Positions 1 to 9,118 of a stretch of DNA of 64,000 nt are shown in pieces; position 1 is the stretch's first letter; each line of letters starts with the position of its first letter. The notes under the pieces are model-generated. The model made no database searches and had not been told where the DNA came from. It worked only from the letters and a program-made list of their open reading frames with translations. Location of the stretch: positions 567 to 64,566 of the forward strand of contig JAHDPL010000031.1 of assembly GCA_018434355.1 (NCBI GenBank), written 5' to 3'. The position numbers and the translations under genes are program-made. The DNA comes from Sporomusaceae bacterium (GTDB taxonomy: Bacteria; Bacillota; Negativicutes; UBA1444).

Positions 1-480
1 GGCGGAAAAATCGTGGTGATTCCGGTGCTGTATGGCGGAGAATTTGGACCGGACTTAGAGTTTGTCGCTCGTCACAACAACTTGACGACGGAAGAGGTCA
101 TCGCGATTCATACTGCTGTTTCCTATCGGATTTTTATGATGGGGTTCACGCCTGGATTTCCTTATCTGGGCGGCATGTCAGAGCGAATCGCTGCGCCGAG
201 GTTAACAACTCCGCGCAAAGAAATTCCAGCAGGGTCGGTAGGTATTGCCGGAATGCAAACCGGACTGTATCCGCAGAAGAGTCCAGGCGGTTGGCAGTTG
301 ATCGGCCGAACGCCACTCAAAGTCTTTGACCCTGACAGTGCCGAGCCTTTCTTGTATCAGGCCGGCGACTTATTGCGATTCAATGCTATTACCGAAGTCG
401 AATATGCACGGATTGAACGTGCTGTTTCGCGCGGTGAATACCTGCCACAAATTCGCAATCAAGCGGAGGTGGTTCAATGA
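1..480 (+). CDS. pxpB: 5-oxoprolinase subunit B (PxpB/KipI family); 5' end outside window
   Basis: The frame is open from nt 1. KipI-type sequence (FMMGFTPGFPYLGG, GSVGIAGMQTGLYP, SPGGWQLIGRTP). ATGA overlap with the next gene, and pxpC-pxpA follow. Confidence 0.85.
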   Translation, partial: GGKIVVIPVLYGGEFGPDLEFVARHNNLTTEEVIAIHTAVSYRIFMMGFTPGFPYLGGMSERIAAPRLTTPRKEIPAGSVGIAGMQTGLYPQKSPGGWQLIGRTPLKVFDPDSAEPFLYQAGDLLRFNAITEVEYARIERAVSRGEYLPQIRNQAEVVQ

Positions 481-1589
481 TCAGGGTAATCCAGCCAGGG
501 TTGCTTACAACCGTTCAGGATGAAGGACGCGGTAATTATCTCGCTTTTGGCATGCCGCGAGCCGGTTTCATGGATCGTTATGCTGCCAGGATGGCCAATC
601 TGCTGTGCGGCAATCCATTGGCAGCAGCAGTCCTGGAAATGACAATTATTGGCGGCAGCTATTGTTTTGAATCGGCTGCCAGAATCGCCGTATGCGGCGC
701 GGCCATGCCGTTACAGCTTAATGGAGAATCGACTGCTGCCTGGTCTGCCGTGGAAGTGTCGGCAGGCGATGTTTTGGAAATCGGCGCCGCAACAACCGGT
801 TGCCGAGCTTATCTTGCGGTTGCAGGCGGACTTGAGGTTCCTCTGGTAATGGGGAGCCGTTCGACTTATTATCGGGCCGGCATCGGCGGATTTTCCGGAC
901 GCGCCTTAAAAAGCGGCGATCAGCTATTTTGTGGCGTACCGGGTCCTTTCGCCGCGGCGCCGATTCAGCTGCCTGCCGACTGGATTCCCGAATATCCGTC
1001 TCAGGTCGATATTCGGGTAATGACCGGACCGCAGGCCGAGTTGTTTTCTTCAGCGGGATTGAATGCCTTGTTGACGTCCGTTTATACAGTTTCTAATGAA
1101 GCAGACCGCATGGGATATCGATTGGAAGGCGAAAAAATCGAGCACTTGACAGGACCGGATATTGTATCCGACGCGTTGACGCCAGGCGCGATTCAGGTTC
1201 CCGGCAGCGGGCAACCGATAGTGATGATGGTTGATTGCGGAACCACCGGCGGTTATGCGAAAATTGCCACGGTGATCGGTCCTGATTTGGCGAAGGTCGC
1301 CCAGACCAAACCACAAGACAGCCTGCGATTCGTCAGCTGTTCGGACCAAGAGGCAGTACAGGCATTGCAACAGGAGATGGACCGTTATCGCCAGGTTGCC
1401 GAATGGGCGGCATGCGGCGAAGTGCCTGCAGTGGCAGTGAATGTTGCTTCGCCGGAGATGCCGCGTGAGGTGCTGCAGCTGCAAACCCAAAATCCTGCAA
1501 TGTTACCGGCGACGCGGCAAGTCGGTCGCAAACTGCGGCTGCATATCGCAGGCAAGAGCTATGAAGTAGAAATTGAAGAGGTGAAGTAA
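477..1589 (+). CDS. pxpC: 5-oxoprolinase subunit C (PxpC/KipA family) with an extra C-terminal tail of about 50 aa
   Basis: KipA-type sequence (IQPGLLTTVQDEGR, GAIQVPGSGQPIVMMVDCGTTGGYAKIA). The start overlaps the pxpB stop. Confidence 0.85.
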   Translation: MIRVIQPGLLTTVQDEGRGNYLAFGMPRAGFMDRYAARMANLLCGNPLAAAVLEMTIIGGSYCFESAARIAVCGAAMPLQLNGESTAAWSAVEVSAGDVLEIGAATTGCRAYLAVAGGLEVPLVMGSRSTYYRAGIGGFSGRALKSGDQLFCGVPGPFAAAPIQLPADWIPEYPSQVDIRVMTGPQAELFSSAGLNALLTSVYTVSNEADRMGYRLEGEKIEHLTGPDIVSDALTPGAIQVPGSGQPIVMMVDCGTTGGYAKIATVIGPDLAKVAQTKPQDSLRFVSCSDQEAVQALQQEMDRYRQVAEWAACGEVPAVAVNVASPEMPREVLQLQTQNPAMLPATRQVGRKLRLHIAGKSYEVEIEEVK

Positions 1590-2348
1590 ATGCAAATCGA
1601 TTTGAATTGTGACATGGGGGAAAGTTTTGGCACCTATGAACTGGGGTATGATGCACAGGCGATGCCTTTTGTAACTTCGATCAACGTTGCCTGCGGTTTT
1701 CATGCATCCGATCCCGACAACATGGCCAAAACCGTGGCGCTGGCTAAACAGCATGGCGTAGCCGTTGGCGCTCATCCCGGATATCCAGACCTAGTGGGAT
1801 TTGGGCGCCGCTCGATGGCACTGACGCCGGAAGAAGTCAAAAACACTGTCATATACCAGATCGGCGCGCTGGAGTCTTTCTGCCGAACGGCGGGAATCAA
1901 AATGCAGCATGTAAAGGTGCATGGAGCGCTTTATAACAATGCGGAAAAGGACCTGACGATTGCAACGGCGATTGCGGAGGCGATCAAAGCGGTTGATCCT
2001 TCGTTATACATGTTGTGCTTGGCAAATTCCCAAATGGGAGTGGCGGCAAGGAACGCAGGCCTGCCATATGTCGAAGAGGCTTTCGCCGACCGGGCGTATA
2101 CTGATGAAGGGTCGTTGGTTTCGCGAAAAATTGCCGGATCTGTCATCCACGACCTGGAGTTGGTTGTCGCAAGAGTCGTACAGATGGTCAGAGATAAGAC
2201 GGTAACTTCAATCATTGGCAATGTGGTGCCGATTAACGCGCAGACTATCTGTGTACATGGCGATACCCCGGGGGCTGTGGCAATGGTGAAAGCTATTCGC
2301 GCTGCACTGGAAAAGGAAAAAATTACTTTGAAAGCATTCGGTTGTTAG
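1590..2348 (+). CDS. pxpA: 5-oxoprolinase subunit A (LamB/YcsF family)
   Basis: N-terminus MQIDLNCDMGESFG is typical of LamB/YcsF. Starts directly after the pxpC stop. Confidence 0.9.
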   Translation: MQIDLNCDMGESFGTYELGYDAQAMPFVTSINVACGFHASDPDNMAKTVALAKQHGVAVGAHPGYPDLVGFGRRSMALTPEEVKNTVIYQIGALESFCRTAGIKMQHVKVHGALYNNAEKDLTIATAIAEAIKAVDPSLYMLCLANSQMGVAARNAGLPYVEEAFADRAYTDEGSLVSRKIAGSVIHDLELVVARVVQMVRDKTVTSIIGNVVPINAQTICVHGDTPGAVAMVKAIRAALEKEKITLKAFGC

Positions 2349-2422
2349 AAAACGTAGCGGCCCCCATTCCCTGCGAATGACATTTAGTGTATGATAAAGA
2401 TACTAAGCATGGAGGTGTTAGC

Positions 2423-2785
2423 ATGGCTATTTTAGAAGTGTTTGAAAAGGTCAAGAAACAACGTAAAGCCGCTGAAAAGAAAAAAGCCTTGAAAAATGTT
2501 GCCGTGGGCGCTGCGATTGGCGCGACGGTCGGTGCGGTTGCCGGAGTTTTGCTGGCGCCGAAGTCAGGCAAGGAAACCCGTGAAGAATTGACTGTAGCCG
2601 CTAAAGAAGCGGTAGAGAAAGCAAAAGAGAAAATCGAAGAAGCGAAAGAGAAGGCGGCTGAGGTCGTCGAAGAAGTCAAAGGACAAGTTAAACAAAAAAT
2701 AGACAATTGCCATTGCGGTTGCGAAGAGTCGTCTGAACCTGATGCGGCAGCAGAACTGTCTGCAGAGACGCCAAACAAAAAATAA
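2423..2785 (+). CDS. YtxH-domain protein (general-stress-type, N-terminal membrane anchor, Lys/Glu-rich coiled region)
   Basis: GAAIGATVGAVAGVLLAPKSGKETREEL is the YtxH signature. I chose ATG 2423 because GGAGGTG lies 6 nt upstream; the track ORF starts at 2387. Confidence 0.75.
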   Translation: MAILEVFEKVKKQRKAAEKKKALKNVAVGAAIGATVGAVAGVLLAPKSGKETREELTVAAKEAVEKAKEKIEEAKEKAAEVVEEVKGQVKQKIDNCHCGCEESSEPDAAAELSAETPNKK

Positions 2786-2829
2786 CGCGCAAGACTCCGG
2801 TGACAATAAAGTGAGGGCAGAAAGAAGGG

Positions 2830-3216
2830 ATGTTCTTGTACATTTCCCTATATGACGCTGGACTGCTGATTTTGTTTGCGGTAGCCCTGACCGTGGGCTA
2901 TTACCTTATCGTCGTATTGCGACGATTGTCGGAAGTGGTGCTGAGAGTCGGCGGAATGCTCGATGAAAACCGCAAATCGATCGAAGAAACGCTGGAAGTT
3001 TTGCCTGAACTGTTGAACAACAGCAACGAAGTCGTTGCCGGCGTGAGAAAAACAGTGGAAGCGACGAGTTCGGCGGTAACTTGTCTGGAAGACAACCTAG
3101 TCGATACTGCCGATAAAGTGCAGGAGACCATGGAAACTGCCATGTTATACGCCCGCTGCGCCGGAGAAGTGGTAAAGGCGGTAGTGGGTGCTTTCGGCAA
3201 ATCAAACGAAAAATAG
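2830..3216 (+). CDS. DUF948-like small membrane protein (usual partner of YtxH)
   Basis: One N-terminal TM helix, then a helical Glu/Val-rich region. Sits next to the YtxH gene. Family assignment is by eye only. Confidence 0.6.
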   Translation: MFLYISLYDAGLLILFAVALTVGYYLIVVLRRLSEVVLRVGGMLDENRKSIEETLEVLPELLNNSNEVVAGVRKTVEATSSAVTCLEDNLVDTADKVQETMETAMLYARCAGEVVKAVVGAFGKSNEK

Positions 3217-3231
3217 TATTGTTTGTTAAGT

Positions 3232-3272
3232 ACTCCGCGGCGCCTGTGTTCAGGTTGCTGCGGAGTTTTTTC
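3232..3272 (+). terminator. Rho-independent terminator after the YtxH/DUF948 pair
   Basis: ACTCCGCGG...CTGCGGAGT stem followed by TTTTTT. Confidence 0.8.
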
Positions 3273-3430
3273 ATATGCCGGCGTATTGCGATGACAAAAA
3301 AATGAACAGTAATCAATTTTTGCAGGTTTTGCAGCAGAAATCGCGAATAATAAAAATATTCAATTTGCACAGTGTTCAAAAACAGAACGCCGGTCGTGAT
3401 TGTGCGAACTGGCGCAGGAAAGGAACCGGC

Positions 3431-5344
3431 ATGGAAAACAAGAAAAAATTGATTCAGGAATCCTGGGAACGTTGTCGCCAATATGGAATTGCCCAGAATG
3501 GCTGGAGTCAGGCGGAAGTTCTCACAGGAAAAGAGCTGGAAGCGGTTCTGAAAGATAGCCAGGAACTGATAGATTCAGCGCGATTGTTGATGCAAAGTTT
3601 GTACGAACTTGTCGCCAGTTCAGGTTTTGTCGTCGTATTGCTAAACGCAGATGGGTACATTGTAGAAGTGATCGGTGAAATGGATGACGCCAAATCTTCC
3701 TGGACTCGTTATTATGCACGAGGCGTAAAATGGACGGAAGAGCTAGCGGGAACCTCAGCGTTAAGTCTGGCCTTGCTTGGATCCGGGCCGATTCAGGTGT
3801 TGGGAGAGGAACACTACTGCAAGGCTTATGGAGAGTGGACCTGCTCGGCGGCGCCACTGATCGATGATTGCGGGAAAATCATGGGGGTTCTCAGCGTCAC
3901 CGGTAGCAAGGAAAATGTCCACTCACACACGCTGGGGATGGTTGTTTCGGCTGCTGCGGCGATCAACAACATGATCAAAGTTCGCCGGGCGCAAAAAAAA
4001 TTGGAAGATACTGCTCGGTTGCATGCGACGATCATTAACTCCGTATCGGATGGGCTATTGATGATCAACGGGCAAGGTATGGTGACTTTTATTAACCCGA
4101 CAGGCGCAAAGATCCTCAATGTTAAGCCGCAGGAGGCCGTTGGAAAGCATATTCAGGAGTTGGTCGACTTTAAGCCGGTTGTGCTCAAGGTGCTGGAAAC
4201 CGGTCAGGGATATACCGACAAAGAGTTTTTTATTGAGACCCGGCGCGGCGTCCTGCACTTCATCAAAACGGCGATTCCGCTGCATGATGCACAGGGCAGA
4301 CTGGAAGGGGTCGTCGATATATTCCGCGAAATCAAGCAGGTGCGTAAACTGGTCAATCGAATGGTTGGCGCGACAGCGATGTTTTCATTCGAGGATATCG
4401 TGGGTGAAAGTCCGTGTATGATGGAAATCAAGCGATTGGCCAAAATCGCTGCCAATAGCCTAGCGACGGTGCTAATTCAAGGCGAAAGCGGCACAGGCAA
4501 AGAAATGGTCGCACAGGCGATCCACAAAGCAAGCAGCCGGTCGGAAGGCCCATTTGTTGCGATAAATTGCGGCGCGCTGCCGCGCGATCTCGTGGAGAGC
4601 GAGCTGTTCGGTTATGAAGACGGCGCGTTCACCGGCGCGCGCCAGGGCGGCCGGCCAGGAAAATTTGAACTGGCGCATGGCGGAACGATTTTTCTTGATG
4701 AAATCGGCGAAATGTCGCTGGACGTTCAGGTCAAAATTTTGCGTGTGCTGCAGGAAAAGCGCATACTGAGGGTCGGCGGCGCCCGCTATATGGATGTGGA
4801 TGTCCGGGTGATTGCAGCGACGAATCGTGAGCTGTTGCAAGCGGTTGGCGAAGGCAGCTTCCGACAGGATCTGTATTATCGGCTGAATGTATTGCCGATC
4901 AACGTGCCTCCGCTACGGGAACGGCGCGAAGATATTGAACGACTGGCCCGCTTCTTTATGGAAAAAACCTGCGAGCAGCTTGGCGTTCCGCAAAAAAGCC
5001 TTTCCGCCTCGGCGCTGGCTGTGTTGCGCCGCTATGACTGGCCGGGAAATGCCCGCGAACTGGAAAATGTGATTGAACGGGCCGGACATTTCTGTGAAGG
5101 GCTGGAGATCACGGAACAGCATCTGCCGCCGAACCTGTTTGTCGCAAATACGGCTGGAATAAAAGAAAGCCGATCTCTGCGCGATTTGGAACGATTGGCG
5201 ATCGAAGAGACGTTGAATAAAACGCAGGGGAATGTTTCGCGCAGCGCCAGACTGCTTGGCGTGGGGCGCAACACTTTGTATGGCAAGATAAAAGAGTACC
5301 AAATCGAACTCAAGAAAGAAAACCGTTCGATTTACGAACAGTAG
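3431..5344 (+). CDS. acoR: Sigma-54-dependent transcriptional activator, AcoR-like (sensor GAF/PAS region, AAA+, Fis-type HTH)
   Basis: GESGTGKE Walker A, ESELFGYEDGAFTGA (GAFTGA loop) and C-terminal HTH NVSRSARLLGVGRNTLYGKIKEY. I chose ATG 3431 (MENKKKLIQESWERC); the track ORF starts at 3275. Lies directly upstream of a -24/-12 promoter and the aco genes. Confidence 0.85.
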   Translation: MENKKKLIQESWERCRQYGIAQNGWSQAEVLTGKELEAVLKDSQELIDSARLLMQSLYELVASSGFVVVLLNADGYIVEVIGEMDDAKSSWTRYYARGVKWTEELAGTSALSLALLGSGPIQVLGEEHYCKAYGEWTCSAAPLIDDCGKIMGVLSVTGSKENVHSHTLGMVVSAAAAINNMIKVRRAQKKLEDTARLHATIINSVSDGLLMINGQGMVTFINPTGAKILNVKPQEAVGKHIQELVDFKPVVLKVLETGQGYTDKEFFIETRRGVLHFIKTAIPLHDAQGRLEGVVDIFREIKQVRKLVNRMVGATAMFSFEDIVGESPCMMEIKRLAKIAANSLATVLIQGESGTGKEMVAQAIHKASSRSEGPFVAINCGALPRDLVESELFGYEDGAFTGARQGGRPGKFELAHGGTIFLDEIGEMSLDVQVKILRVLQEKRILRVGGARYMDVDVRVIAATNRELLQAVGEGSFRQDLYYRLNVLPINVPPLRERREDIERLARFFMEKTCEQLGVPQKSLSASALAVLRRYDWPGNARELENVIERAGHFCEGLEITEQHLPPNLFVANTAGIKESRSLRDLERLAIEETLNKTQGNVSRSARLLGVGRNTLYGKIKEYQIELKKENRSIYEQ

Positions 5345-5446
5345 TGTTCGATTGCGGAGCGATTATTGTGTTGCAAGAGTTGTAGTTATTTCGTGACAAT
5401 TCGTAAAACCCTTACTGTGAATGCGTTTGCGCAAACAATCATTTCT

Positions 5447-5462
5447 TGGCATGGTTTATGCA
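5447..5462 (+). promoter_or_regulatory. Sigma-54 (-24/-12) promoter of the aco-like operon
   Basis: TGGCAT-GGTTT-ATGCA fits TGGCAC-N5-TTGCA. It lies 49 nt upstream of the acoA ATG and downstream of the acoR gene. Confidence 0.8.
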
Positions 5463-5510
5463 AGATATATGATACTGCGTGAAAAGCTGAAACTTCATTA
5501 GGGGGGGAAA

Positions 5511-6491
5511 ATGTTGGCGTACAAAAAAGAGTTTTTGCAAAATCTTTACCGAACGATGGTGCGAATCCGACTGTTTGAGGAAAAAGTGGGCGAGTGCTTT
5601 CTAGGCGGCGAACTGCCCGGATTCGTACACCTGTACATCGGGGAAGAGGCGATTGCAACCGGTTTATTGAGCGAACTCAATCAGGATGACTATGTTGCCA
5701 GTACACACCGCGGGCATGGCCACTGCATCGCCAAAGGGGCAAAAATCAAGCCGATGATGGCTGAGATTTTCGGAAAATCAACGGGTTACTGCAAGGGTAA
5801 GGGCGGTTCGATGCATATTGCTGATTTTTCGGTCGGCATGCTCGGCGCAAACGGCGTGGTCGGCGGCGGGATCAACCTGGCGGTCGGGGCGGCGCTGGCG
5901 GCGAAAATGAAAAAGTCCGGTCAAGTTGCCGTTACGTTCTTTGGTGATGGCGGCGCCAATCGCGGCACTGTGCATGAAGGCATGAACATGGCGGCAATCT
6001 GGAAACTGCCGGTGATTTTTGTCTGTGAATTTAACCAGTATGCATCGACGACGCCCAGCAGTTACGGCACTTCGGTGCCGAATCTGGCCGTGCGGGCGCA
6101 GGGCTATAATATGCCGGGCGTTACGGTTGACGGCAACGATGTGTTTGCTGTCAATGAAGCGGCAAAAAAGGCGCTTGAATATGTCCGGGCAGGCAATGGT
6201 CCGTATATGCTGGAATTCAAGACTTACCGGATCAAGGGACACTATGTAGGCGACCCGGAGCTATATCGCAGCAAACAGGAAGTTCAGGACCACTTTGACA
6301 AAAATGACCCGTTGAAAAACTTCGCCAAAGTGGTGCTGGCGAAGAAGTGGCTGTCGCAAAAAGACATGGATGCAATCTATGCCGAAGTGGCTGCGGAGGT
6401 AAAAACCGCCGTTGATGATGCACGGAAAGACCCATACCCGACCGACAGCGAGCTGTTTAATGACTACTATGTTGAAGGCGGGGTGAACTAA
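5511..6491 (+). CDS. acoA: Acetoin:acceptor oxidoreductase / 2-oxoacid dehydrogenase E1 alpha subunit (TPP-dependent)
   Basis: TPP motif GDGGANRGTVHEGMNMAAIWKLPVIFVCEFN. AcoA-like N-terminus and length (326 aa). Confidence 0.85.
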   Translation: MLAYKKEFLQNLYRTMVRIRLFEEKVGECFLGGELPGFVHLYIGEEAIATGLLSELNQDDYVASTHRGHGHCIAKGAKIKPMMAEIFGKSTGYCKGKGGSMHIADFSVGMLGANGVVGGGINLAVGAALAAKMKKSGQVAVTFFGDGGANRGTVHEGMNMAAIWKLPVIFVCEFNQYASTTPSSYGTSVPNLAVRAQGYNMPGVTVDGNDVFAVNEAAKKALEYVRAGNGPYMLEFKTYRIKGHYVGDPELYRSKQEVQDHFDKNDPLKNFAKVVLAKKWLSQKDMDAIYAEVAAEVKTAVDDARKDPYPTDSELFNDYYVEGGVN

Positions 6492-6492
6492 G

Positions 6493-7467
6493 ATGCGGGA
6501 GATCAGTTTTTCGGAAGCAACCCTGGAAGCAATGAGCGAAGAAATGGAGCGGGATTCCAGCGTCTTTGTCCTCGGCGAAGATATTGCCCGGCAAGGCGGG
6601 ATTTTTGGCCAGTTCAAAGGATTGCCGCAAAAATTTGGCACCGAGCGCGTTCTCGACACGCCGATTTCGGAAACCTCGATTGTTGGTGCGGCTGTCGGTG
6701 CTGCCCTGGCAGGGATGCGACCGGTTGCTGACATGCATTTCGCCGATTTCATCGGGGTATGCATGGACGAAGTGTTCAACCAGATGGCCAAAGTCCGCTT
6801 CATGTTCGGCGGCCAGTGCAAAGTTCCTATGGTACTGCGGGCACCGGACGGCATCATCCGCTCGGCGGCGGCGCAGCATTCGCAAAGCGTCGAAGCCTGG
6901 TTCATGCACATTCCCGGCGTAAAAGTCGTAATCCCCTCGAATCCGGCTGACGCCAAAGGACTGCTGAAGGCTGCAATCCGCTCGGACGATCCGGTTCTGT
7001 ACTTTGAGCATAAAGTTCTGTTCCCGATGAAAGGCCCGGTGCCTGATGGCGATCATATCGTGCCGATCGGCAAGGCCAATGTGTCGCGCGCCGGAAAAGA
7101 CGTTACGATCGTTTCTTATTCGCTGATGATGCATCGGGCATTGGAAGCGGCCGAAAAATTGGCTACCGAGGGTGTCCAGGCCGAAGTCATCGACTTGCGG
7201 ACCATCAGCCCGATTGACAAAGAGACCATATTTGAATCGGTTCGCAAAACCAAACGTTTGGTCATTGTGCATGAAGCGGTGAAACAAGGCGGCGTAGGCG
7301 CAGAAATTTCTGCCTTGGTTGCAGAAGAGATGATCGACTGGCTCGATGCCCCGATTCGTCGTATCGGCGCTCCGTTTGTTCCGGTGCCGTTCAGCCCGCC
7401 GCTGGAACAACTCGTCAAGATTTCGGCCGACAATATCGTCAAAACGGTCAAGGAGATCTGCCGGTAA
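6493..7467 (+). CDS. acoB: E1 beta subunit (transketolase-like pyrimidine-binding and C-terminal domains)
   Basis: Starts 1 nt after the acoA stop. Typical E1-beta sequence (VLDTPISETSIVGAAVGAALAGMRPV, EHKVLF). Confidence 0.85.
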   Translation: MREISFSEATLEAMSEEMERDSSVFVLGEDIARQGGIFGQFKGLPQKFGTERVLDTPISETSIVGAAVGAALAGMRPVADMHFADFIGVCMDEVFNQMAKVRFMFGGQCKVPMVLRAPDGIIRSAAAQHSQSVEAWFMHIPGVKVVIPSNPADAKGLLKAAIRSDDPVLYFEHKVLFPMKGPVPDGDHIVPIGKANVSRAGKDVTIVSYSLMMHRALEAAEKLATEGVQAEVIDLRTISPIDKETIFESVRKTKRLVIVHEAVKQGGVGAEISALVAEEMIDWLDAPIRRIGAPFVPVPFSPPLEQLVKISADNIVKTVKEICR

Positions 7468-7512
7468 TTTGCCGGCTCACGATTTCAAAAATCAGGAGGA
7501 GGGGACAGGTCA

Positions 7513-8547
7513 GTGAAAGTGAAAAAGAGTCTGGTATTCATTCTGTGTCTCGTAGTTGCGATTTCCCTGGTATTGGTCGGTTGCGGCGGCAAAAAGGAAG
7601 AACCGAAAAAAGCAGAACAGAAAAAAATCAGCATTAAAATGAGCGTTACCACTCCCTCGGAATCGTCGCCCTGGAACATCGGCGCGAAAAAATGGGCCGA
7701 ACTAGTTAAAGAACGCACCAATGGGCGCGTTGAGATCACCACCTTCCCGAACGAACAACTTTCCAGCGGTAACCAACAAAAAGGCATCGAACAGGTTGCC
7801 GCCGGCGTAACCGGAGCATCCCTGCACTCGACGATCATTTATTCGGTTATTGAGCCGAAGCTGGCTGTCGTCAGCATGCCCTGGATCATGCCGAACAACG
7901 CCGCCGTCGACAAAGCGATGAAAGGCGCTCCCGGCGAGAAAGTCAAAGATTTGATCCGCGCCAAAGGCATCGAGCCGCTGGCATTCGGCGAGAATGGCTT
8001 CCGCCACTGGACCAACAGCAAGCGGCCGCTGGCCACGCCTGACGACATGAAAGGCCTGAAAATCCGCGTACCTGGCATGAAAATGTACATCTCGCTATTC
8101 AAAGCCATGGGCGCCGACCCCACCAGCATGAGCTTCTCGGAAGTTTTCACCGCCCTGCAACAAGGAACTGTTGATGGTCAGGAAAACCCGATCTCGGTCA
8201 TTTATACGACCAAACTGAACGAAGTGCAAAAATACATGACCATCTGCAACTACTCGTATGACCCGATCGTTCTCGGCGTCAACAAGAAGCTCTGGGATTC
8301 GATCGACAAAGACACCCAGGCGATCATGAAGAAAGCCGCTGAAGAAGCAATGGCGCTCAACATCAAGCTGACCCGTGAAGACGAAGCCAAACAACTCGAT
8401 GAAATGAAGAAAAAAGGCCTGCAGGTCAATGTATTAACCCCGGAACAAATCAAAGTATTCCAGGCCAGCGTCACTTCCGTTTATAAAGAGCAAGAGCCGA
8501 TCATCGGCAAAGAATTGCTGGATCTGTTTGTCGCAGCCGGCAAATAA
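7513..8547 (+). CDS. dctP: TRAP transporter substrate-binding protein (DctP family), lipoprotein
   Basis: Lipobox LVGCGG. DctP-type sequence (NEQLSSGNQQKGIEQV, FSEVFTALQQGTVDGQENP). GTG start with an AGGAGGAGG RBS. Confidence 0.85.
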   Translation: MKVKKSLVFILCLVVAISLVLVGCGGKKEEPKKAEQKKISIKMSVTTPSESSPWNIGAKKWAELVKERTNGRVEITTFPNEQLSSGNQQKGIEQVAAGVTGASLHSTIIYSVIEPKLAVVSMPWIMPNNAAVDKAMKGAPGEKVKDLIRAKGIEPLAFGENGFRHWTNSKRPLATPDDMKGLKIRVPGMKMYISLFKAMGADPTSMSFSEVFTALQQGTVDGQENPISVIYTTKLNEVQKYMTICNYSYDPIVLGVNKKLWDSIDKDTQAIMKKAAEEAMALNIKLTREDEAKQLDEMKKKGLQVNVLTPEQIKVFQASVTSVYKEQEPIIGKELLDLFVAAGK

Positions 8548-8644
8548 TCGCTTATCAAGAGTCAGACAAGCATAACTAACGGTGGCCCGCGTCCGGTTGA
8601 CCGGGCCACCACTTTTCACTGATTATGCCGTAGGGGGTGAGTCC

Positions 8645-9118
8645 TTGTTCTGGAAAGTCTTCGACGCGTTGGAGGACTGGTTTTTGGTCGTGACGCTCGG
8701 CGCCATGATGATCTTGAATTTTGCGAATGTGGTCTCCCGGTATCTGCTAAGCACTTCGATTGCTTTTACTGAGGAATTGACGACGAATCTGTTTGTCTGG
8801 AGCTGTTTTATCGGGGCTGCAGCAGCCGCCAAACGTGGCGCGCATCTGGGCTTCAGCCTGGTTGTCGATTCGATGCCAGGGTTGGCCCGTCGCTGGGTTG
8901 CCGCACTGGTTACGATGCTGACACTCGGAATGTTCGGCATTATGTTTGTTTTAAGTCTGGATATGATAGAAACGCAGATTATGCTTAAACAGGAAACTCC
9001 AGCACTCGGCATGCCGGAATGGATCGTCAGTCTGGCGATCCCGGTAGGCGCCGCGTTCTGCTTTATCCGATTCGCGCAAGCCGGCTGGCTCGCCTGGAAG
9101 AAGGGGGGACGGCAATAA
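8645..9118 (+). CDS. dctQ: TRAP transporter small permease (DctQ family)
   Basis: Four predicted TM helices, about 157 aa. I chose TTG 8645 because GGGGGTGA lies upstream; the track ORF starts at GTG 8582, so the start is uncertain. Confidence 0.75.
   Translation: MFWKVFDALEDWFLVVTLGAMMILNFANVVSRYLLSTSIAFTEELTTNLFVWSCFIGAAAAAKRGAHLGFSLVVDSMPGLARRWVAALVTMLTLGMFGIMFVLSLDMIETQIMLKQETPALGMPEWIVSLAIPVGAAFCFIRFAQAGWLAWKKGGRQ

Noticed and set aside
3275-3430. The N-terminal 52-codon extension of the acoR ORF as given in the track (start 3275).
   Set aside because: The extension is AT-rich with an odd sequence (MPAYCDDKKMNSNQFLQVLQQKSRIIKIFNLHS...). The conserved regulator sequence begins at the ATG 3431 methionine.
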